From: Patescibacteria group bacterium
Lineage (GTDB): Bacteria; Patescibacteriota; Patescibacteriia; UBA1558; GWA2-36-10
Reading direction: 5' to 3'
Assembly (NCBI GenBank): GCA_018819405.1
Contig: JAHJQF010000001.1
Coordinates: 907,377-971,376, forward strand
DNA: 64,000 nt
The translations under genes and the position numbers were made by a program. This document shows positions 58,432-64,000 of the stretch, piece after piece. The stretch's first letter is position 1; each line of letters begins with the position of its first letter. The notes under the pieces were generated by a model, which saw only the letters and a program-made list of their open reading frames with translations, had not been told where the DNA came from and made no database searches.

Positions 58432-59517
58432 TTATATTTTGACGTCTGATTCCAACTTGGCTTTTATAAAAGGCATCAAATCACCATCTAATACCTTATC
58501 TGGATCAGTGGATTCAAAACCAGTTCGATGATCTTTTACCATTTTATAAGGATGTAAAACATAAGAACGAATCTGATTACCCCAAGCAGCTTCTGTATAT
58601 TCACCTTTTAGAGATTTTTTTTCTTCATCTTTTTCGGCTTCAAAATATTTTTGCAGCTTGCTCCTGAGGTGGCTCATTGCCTGTTTTTTATTTTGCATCT
58701 GTGAGCGCTCATTTTGACATGAAACCACAATACCAGTCGGTAAATGAGTGATACGAACAGCACTGTCACTTTTATTGACTGACTGGCCACCATGCCCTGA
58801 AGCTCTAAAAGTGTCTATCTTTAGATCATCTTCATTAATAATAAAATCAACTTCTGATAACTCAGGTAATACTTCCACCATAGCAAAGGAAGTGTGACGA
58901 GCATGATCAGCATCATAAGGCGAAAGTCTAACTAATCTATGCACACCAGCCTCATTTTTTATATACCCATAGGTCTGTGGACCATCTATTTTAAAAGTAA
59001 CACTTTTTACACCAGCCTCGGCACCAGCCGAACGGAATAAAATATTTGTTTTCCAATCTTTTTGCTCGGCTAATCTAAAATACATACGCTCCAGCATAGC
59101 TGCCCAATCTTGAGCGTCCACTCCCCCGGCTCCAGCGTTGATAGTCAATATCGCTGGAAAATTATCATACTTTCCTGACAAATAAAGCTCGTCTGACAGA
59201 TCTATATATTTTTTTTCTAGGTCATCAAAACCAGAACTTATGTCTTTGATCAAACTAGCCGCATCTTTATCCTTTACTAAAGACATCAGACTATCCACAG
59301 CTTGGGACAACTCCTGCCAATCGTGTATAGAATTTTCCAAAAAACTAGCTTTAGTACTAATATTCCTAGCCCTGTCTTGATCAGACCAAAAATCAGGAGC
59401 TGACATATAAATTTTTAATTCTTCCAAATCTTTTTTCTTCTTGTCTAAAGACAGGATAGACAAGGCCTTATCTATCTTTATTTTAAGTTCTTCTATTTTT
59501 TGACGGAGTTCTTCCAC
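58432..59517 (-). CDS. prfB: Peptide chain release factor 2 (no internal frameshift)
   Basis: DAQDWA, SPY recognition loop, GGQ, WGNQIRSY. Confidence 0.96.
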   Translation of the reverse strand: MEELRQKIEELKIKIDKALSILSLDKKKKDLEELKIYMSAPDFWSDQDRARNISTKASFLENSIHDWQELSQAVDSLMSLVKDKDAASLIKDISSGFDDLEKKYIDLSDELYLSGKYDNFPAILTINAGAGGVDAQDWAAMLERMYFRLAEQKDWKTNILFRSAGAEAGVKSVTFKIDGPQTYGYIKNEAGVHRLVRLSPYDADHARHTSFAMVEVLPELSEVDFIINEDDLKIDTFRASGHGGQSVNKSDSAVRITHLPTGIVVSCQNERSQMQNKKQAMSHLRSKLQKYFEAEKDEEKKSLKGEYTEAAWGNQIRSYVLHPYKMVKDHRTGFESTDPDKVLDGDLMPFIKAKLESDVKI

Positions 59518-59521
59518 AATA

Positions 59522-59866
59522 TTATTGACACAGCTGGTTGATTAGCGCATCTCTAGCTTCGGGGTCACAAAACACTTCAATTGCAAAATCATTCTGACTA
59601 GCATTGGAGTTATTTATAGGTACTATTCCCGCTGCCCTTTCTTTAAAGGGATCCAATAGAGGATCAAAAATTTTAATATAGTCTTTTAAGACTGGGGTAA
59701 AATAAATTATACCCGCAATAATCGGACCCCAGATTACCAAAAATTTTAAAAATCCAAAAATAGTATTCCAGATAAATTTTTTCTCAATTCTGTGCAATCT
59801 CTGATCAAGCCTTGCTAAGGTTTCTTTATTTTCTATTATTGCTTTTTTAAGCTCTTCATCAATCAT
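59522..59866 (-). CDS. Hypothetical membrane protein
   Basis: Coiled coil plus TM. Confidence 0.65.
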   Translation of the reverse strand: MIDEELKKAIIENKETLARLDQRLHRIEKKFIWNTIFGFLKFLVIWGPIIAGIIYFTPVLKDYIKIFDPLLDPFKERAAGIVPINNSNASQNDFAIEVFCDPEARDALINQLCQ

Positions 59867-59949
59867 ATGATGTCAAAATTAATATTTAAATTCTCTTAAA
59901 TTATAACAAAAAAACAGCAATTAGTTAACTGCCGTCTTTTTGGGGATTT

Positions 59950-60510
59950 TTACCAAAGTTTATACCATTTTTTATGTTTTTTTAACAAATTGGAGGATAA
60001 AAAATGTTTTTTCCTTTTAAAATGTCTGATGATTATAAATAACAAATTATATATTCCCAGTAAAAGTAAAATACCAAAAAATACTCCTACAAAAACTGCT
60101 TCCTTGGTCCAATAAAAAAATGACTTTGTAACATAGACAGTGGTTGGAATCTTGAGTCCGGAAAAAGCATTGAAACTTTTTTTATCCAAAGCCTTAGTAA
60201 GAACAGAGATATTGGTATATTTTAGACCTTCGGGACTATTTTTGAAATCTACAGACAAAGCAACACGACTAATCTCTTCTGGGTAAAGTTCCATTTCTTG
60301 TACATTAAACACAAAATTATCCTTATAATCATCAGTATAAATATAAACTACTATGGGTTCTTCTGATATATTTTGGATATCAATATAGCTATCACCCACC
60401 GAAGGATAAAACATTTCCAGAGACGAAGGACTAACTGAAATTCCGACTGCCTGACAAGAAAAAGGAAAAATTAAAAATATAAACAAAAAATATTCTATAA
60501 AATTTGTCAT
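59950..60510 (-). CDS. Exported protein with C-terminal TM
   Basis: Signal peptide, AVGISVSPS Ig-like start, C-terminal TM and basic tail. Confidence 0.65.
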   Translation of the reverse strand: MTNFIEYFLFIFLIFPFSCQAVGISVSPSSLEMFYPSVGDSYIDIQNISEEPIVVYIYTDDYKDNFVFNVQEMELYPEEISRVALSVDFKNSPEGLKYTNISVLTKALDKKSFNAFSGLKIPTTVYVTKSFFYWTKEAVFVGVFFGILLLLGIYNLLFIIIRHFKRKKHFLSSNLLKKHKKWYKLW

Positions 60511-60512
60511 AA

Positions 60513-62291
60513 CTATTGGTTAACCGCCCAAAATATCAACTGGCCGTTTTTTTGACCACTAGCTGTGTAGCTACTAGGCACACTCAAACCAACGTTGACA
60601 GGTTGATTTTGAGAAACAGGCAAATTGAGATTATATTCTGTCCAAGTAAAATGATTCAAACTAGTATAATCAGTAAAAATATCCTGACCTATCACACTGG
60701 CTTCAATATATATATCGACATTGCCGGTATTGGACAATGTAAGAATTGTCTCAGACGACTGTCCAGGGTATAAGTCTCCAAAATTTATGTTGGACTGATC
60801 CAGAGAAAAAGCAATAGTGTCATCGTTGTCATTATCCTCTCCTCCGTCTGTCTGGACATTGACACTCAAATCCACTGTCTCTGATATGCCACTGCCAACT
60901 GTCAGATATAACTTGTTGCTCCTTATCCTCTCTATATCATCATCAGACCAGATGGAATAAACACCACCTATTGGCATAGTAACAATTAATTGTCCGGCAC
61001 TATCTGCTTGAAATTGATCCTGACCAATATAAACAGGTGCTTGCGACCAAGGCTGCCAGTTTTGTCCATCATAGTAAGAGGCTTCAATAGTAGCCTGACC
61101 TCCCAATTCTATACGATTACTACTGATTTCTATCTTAGAAGCATAAAGTGGCCAAGCACCATAGCCCCATAAAACTCTTTCATTGCCTGTCAGCTGATAA
61201 TCTGCCACAGCCACGGCTCCACCCAAATCATTGACAAAATATTGCCAGCCATCCATACTTTGAGCTGCCACGCCATCTATAGATGAAACATAAACTCCAT
61301 AAGCACTATTTTCTGTAGTATATTCAAAGTTACAAACACTAGAGGCTGCTTCCAAAAGCTCCAAAACATTTTCAGCTTCCAAATTACTGGCTAGACAAAT
61401 TGTTTGACTAGGCCCTTCTATACGTATATCATGGCCACTTAGTGGTAATTCTTCTTCAGTTATTTCAATATAATTTATTGGGTAGGAGCTATTTGTTAAG
61501 GCCACCAAAGCATAGGCGGTGACCATGGCCGAACCTTGTTCATCGCTAGACATCCATAAAAATGAACCATTGTCTTGTCTTAAGCTTTCCAAAAAAATAA
61601 CTGGATTATTTTCACCCTTTTGCCAAGTATTAGCATCTTCACCCGCCTTATTTAAAGCGCTGATGAGCCAAGCAGTTGATGCCCCGTCTGATTGACTACC
61701 AGCATCATATCCAATACCGCCATCCTCATTCTGCAAACTCCTCAAATAAGCCAAGGCACTCTGTATTTCAGCGCTAGAAGAATTTAAGCCAGTATCCAAA
61801 AGAGCCATCACAGCTGCAGCCGTATCGTTACTATCTGAAGCACCTGTAGTGGCCCAAGACCAACCCCCATCGTTGTTTTGATGACTCAAAATAAAACTTT
61901 TTATTGTTTCTATATTACTTGAATGCCCAACAGAACTCAGAGCCATCAATCCCCAAAAATCATCATTTAAAAGATCTATTGATCCAATTTGTCCGTTGTT
62001 TATATTGGCTTCCAAGGTACTTAATAATGTATTTAGGCTATCTGTCTCCTGACTGCCAACTGCTGCCAAAACTAAAATATTTTTGACTACTGTCATCAAA
62101 TCCTGATTCTCAACCTCTATATAACTAATATCTGGATCAACTACCTGAGCCGCTATCAAAGCTTGAGTAATCCAAGCATTTTGATTTTGACCCTGCAAAT
62201 AAACAACGCTATCATCATATTGGGCAAAAATTAGGTTAGGACTAAATGCCAATAAACAGACTAGAATTAAAAATAAAATTTTATTTTTCAT
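60513..62291 (-). CDS. Prenyltransferase/squalene-oxidase-repeat plus DUF4430 protein (transcobalamin-like)
   Basis: QNNDGGW, QNEDGGI, DSNDTAAAVMAL repeats; YGVYVSSIDG..GWQYFVN; downstream of cobalamin riboswitch. Confidence 0.8.
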   Translation of the reverse strand: MKNKILFLILVCLLAFSPNLIFAQYDDSVVYLQGQNQNAWITQALIAAQVVDPDISYIEVENQDLMTVVKNILVLAAVGSQETDSLNTLLSTLEANINNGQIGSIDLLNDDFWGLMALSSVGHSSNIETIKSFILSHQNNDGGWSWATTGASDSNDTAAAVMALLDTGLNSSSAEIQSALAYLRSLQNEDGGIGYDAGSQSDGASTAWLISALNKAGEDANTWQKGENNPVIFLESLRQDNGSFLWMSSDEQGSAMVTAYALVALTNSSYPINYIEITEEELPLSGHDIRIEGPSQTICLASNLEAENVLELLEAASSVCNFEYTTENSAYGVYVSSIDGVAAQSMDGWQYFVNDLGGAVAVADYQLTGNERVLWGYGAWPLYASKIEISSNRIELGGQATIEASYYDGQNWQPWSQAPVYIGQDQFQADSAGQLIVTMPIGGVYSIWSDDDIERIRSNKLYLTVGSGISETVDLSVNVQTDGGEDNDNDDTIAFSLDQSNINFGDLYPGQSSETILTLSNTGNVDIYIEASVIGQDIFTDYTSLNHFTWTEYNLNLPVSQNQPVNVGLSVPSSYTASGQKNGQLIFWAVNQ

Positions 62292-62363
62292 AATTATTTT
62301 ATAAATTATTAATCAAATTTTTCAATGTGGGTAATTTTTTAACTACCCACATTGAGAACCAGA

Positions 62364-62810
62364 CTATCGTTCCTGTTTCGTGATATGAGGACGTGTTCTG
62401 ATATCAAGACACGGTGGCGGGCTGTATCTCCAAACTGTCTGGCCGAAACGGGTAATTCTCATTCGTTGTAAGCAGGAATTAAAAGGCACAACATTTATGG
62501 CTGTCGGTATATATTGTCCGTCAACATACACCTCATAACCATAAAGACCATGCCCCTCAAAATTCGTGATAAACAGTAGCCCACTGAAATCACCCTGGGG
62601 AAAACTCCAATCAGTGTTATGGTCAAACACTAGATCCAAAGATTCGGATTGCATAAAAGCCGCTATACTGCCAGCCATTATAAAATCCTGAATCTGTGCT
62701 TTGGTTTCAGAGGTGTCTGATGCCTCCGGTTCTAAAATTCTACGACCGCAACCGACTAAAGGCGCCGAAAAAAACAACGCCACAAGAGTCAGAAACTTTC
62801 GCCTGTACAT
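62364..62810 (-). CDS. Lipoprotein with DUF4430-like domain
   Basis: SD AAGGAGG; MYRRKFL twin-arginine-like signal, LVGC lipobox; FITNFEG..GYEVYVDG. Confidence 0.65.
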   Translation of the reverse strand: MYRRKFLTLVALFFSAPLVGCGRRILEPEASDTSETKAQIQDFIMAGSIAAFMQSESLDLVFDHNTDWSFPQGDFSGLLFITNFEGHGLYGYEVYVDGQYIPTAINVVPFNSCLQRMRITRFGQTVWRYSPPPCLDIRTRPHITKQER

Positions 62811-62934
62811 GCCATCTACCTCCTTGAAAAGAACAAACTTTGAAACTATCAAAAAAACTCTCACTAAGGAGAGTGGTGACAAAATTATTAAGCTTTAATA
62901 AATTCATCCTTTTGCTCCTTAGGCAAAGAATAAA

Positions 62935-63085
62935 ACTCAGGTGTCGGACTTGTTCTCCCTACATTGGAGACTTACCGTAGCTAGGACTGCGGAGGATTTG
63001 CACCTCACTTCCCTGATTGAATTGTCAAAGTGAATTTATCTTAACACAGAGTAAAACGATTGACAACTGTCTGTGACCTTATACA
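62935..63085 (-). promoter_or_regulatory. Cobalamin riboswitch
   Basis: AGGGAA-GTGAGGTGCAAATCCTCCGCAGTCC..GCTACGGTAA..AAGTCCGACACCT on minus strand; upstream of DUF4430 genes. Confidence 0.8.
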
Positions 63086-63096
63086 TTGTTGATAAG

Positions 63097-63348
63097 TTAT
63101 TGGCTAAATTCATCATTACAACTAGCCTGACAGCTTGATTGATCCTCTTGTTCGGACATAATACAAAGTCTAAGACAATTTTCTAAACCAAATTTTCTAG
63201 TAGTCTCGTTAACATAATTTATATTGTCTGCAGGTGTTTCTACATTTTCGGGTATTAAAATAGGGTCATTCCACCAGCCTTTGGATATATATTGATAAAA
63301 TAAAAAGGCTATAATAGCCAATAATATAATCAAAATAGAAATTCTCAT
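63097..63348 (-). CDS. Small membrane-anchored hypothetical protein
   Basis: N-terminal TM, four Cys in CxxxC pairs. Confidence 0.6.
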   Translation of the reverse strand: MRISILIILLAIIAFLFYQYISKGWWNDPILIPENVETPADNINYVNETTRKFGLENCLRLCIMSEQEDQSSCQASCNDEFSQ

Positions 63349-63350
63349 AA

Positions 63351-63815
63351 TTATTTCTTACCCTTCTTTTTTAAGAGCTCGTTTAACTCCTTTTGAAAAG
63401 TCTTGGCATCTTTAAATGACCTATAAACTGAAGCATACCTGATATAAGCCACCTGATCAAAACTTTTTAACCTTTTCATTACTATTTCTCCTATTTGCTT
63501 GGAGGTTATCTCTCCGTGGGCTTTCTTTTGTATGTCCCTTTCTATTTCGTTTATTAATTTATGAAAATCTTCTTCTAAATATTGTCTTTTCTCCAGTGAT
63601 GTTCTCATGCCCCGAATCAACTTGTCTCTACTATAATTTTCACGATGACCATCACGCTTTATTACTGCCAAATCAAGAATTTCCATGTCTTCCATGGTAG
63701 AAAATCTAAACTGACATTTCTGGCAAGCCCGACGGCGACGAATACTAAAACCCCCGCCACCTAAACGGGAGTCTACTACTTTGGTATCTTTTGCATTACA
63801 AACAGGACAATTCAT
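63351..63815 (-). CDS. nrdR: Transcriptional repressor NrdR
   Basis: MNCPVC..DTKVVDSR, RRRRACQKC..RFST, ATP cone, VAYIRYASVY. Confidence 0.97.
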   Translation of the reverse strand: MNCPVCNAKDTKVVDSRLGGGGFSIRRRRACQKCQFRFSTMEDMEILDLAVIKRDGHRENYSRDKLIRGMRTSLEKRQYLEEDFHKLINEIERDIQKKAHGEITSKQIGEIVMKRLKSFDQVAYIRYASVYRSFKDAKTFQKELNELLKKKGKK

Positions 63816-63827
63816 CCAATTAGAAAT

Positions 63828-64000
63828 TCATAGGCCTATCGGCCCTTTAATTTTTTTCTTAAAAATGCCGGAATATCAAGCTCCTCTTCTTCTTTAGATT
63901 TTGGCACATCAATGATTTCTTCTTCAGTCTCTTGCTTTGGTTTTTCAAAAGCTCTTTTAACTTTCCTTTCTTCTTCTTTTTTGGCAAAAGCCTCTGGATA
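63828..64000 (-). CDS. ftsZ: Cell division protein FtsZ, C-terminal end (partial)
   Basis: Manual translation ...EEELDIPAFLRKKIKGPIGL*; conserved FtsZ C-terminal peptide. Confidence 0.8.

Noticed and set aside
1-64000. tRNA, rRNA, reverse transcriptase/DGR or transposase genes
   Set aside because: No cloverleaf, rRNA signature or RT/transposase motif recognised by eye

Overview
AT-rich bacterial chromosome segment, almost entirely minus-strand coding. Gene content points to a Patescibacteria (CPR, Parcubacteria-like) genome (inference): no rpmD/L30 between S5 and L15, a CPR-type S-layer-like protein, a DUF5667/ECF pair and mostly SD-less genes. From left to right it holds a glycosyltransferase cluster, three O-antigen-ligase/TPR paralogs, a 1203-aa surface protein, an ECF sigma/anti-sigma pair, wecA-ruvX-map-adk-secY, the spc/S10 ribosomal cluster, tuf, fusA-rpsG-rpsL, rpmB, ndk, a split comEC, prfB, a cobalamin-riboswitch DUF4430 locus, nrdR and the 3' end of ftsZ. 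Two unannotated layers stand out. (1) About ten mostly GC-rich, self-contained expression cassettes at 42-54 kb, typically with an AT-rich sigma70 promoter, a strong Shine-Dalgarno and a terminator; they encode lipoproteins and paralogous micropeptides (I-R-G-R-P and ML[YF]WxLPD families). (2) A family of CCCGTTAGAAAT..ATTTCTAACGGG hairpin elements that insert at gene junctions, often inside start codons, where they duplicate 4 bp and rebuild the ATG/GTG; two GIY-YIG/REP cassettes show the same start-codon targeting. A 6S-like ncRNA candidate and several other palindrome families are also present. All product calls come from motif recognition, not database searches.
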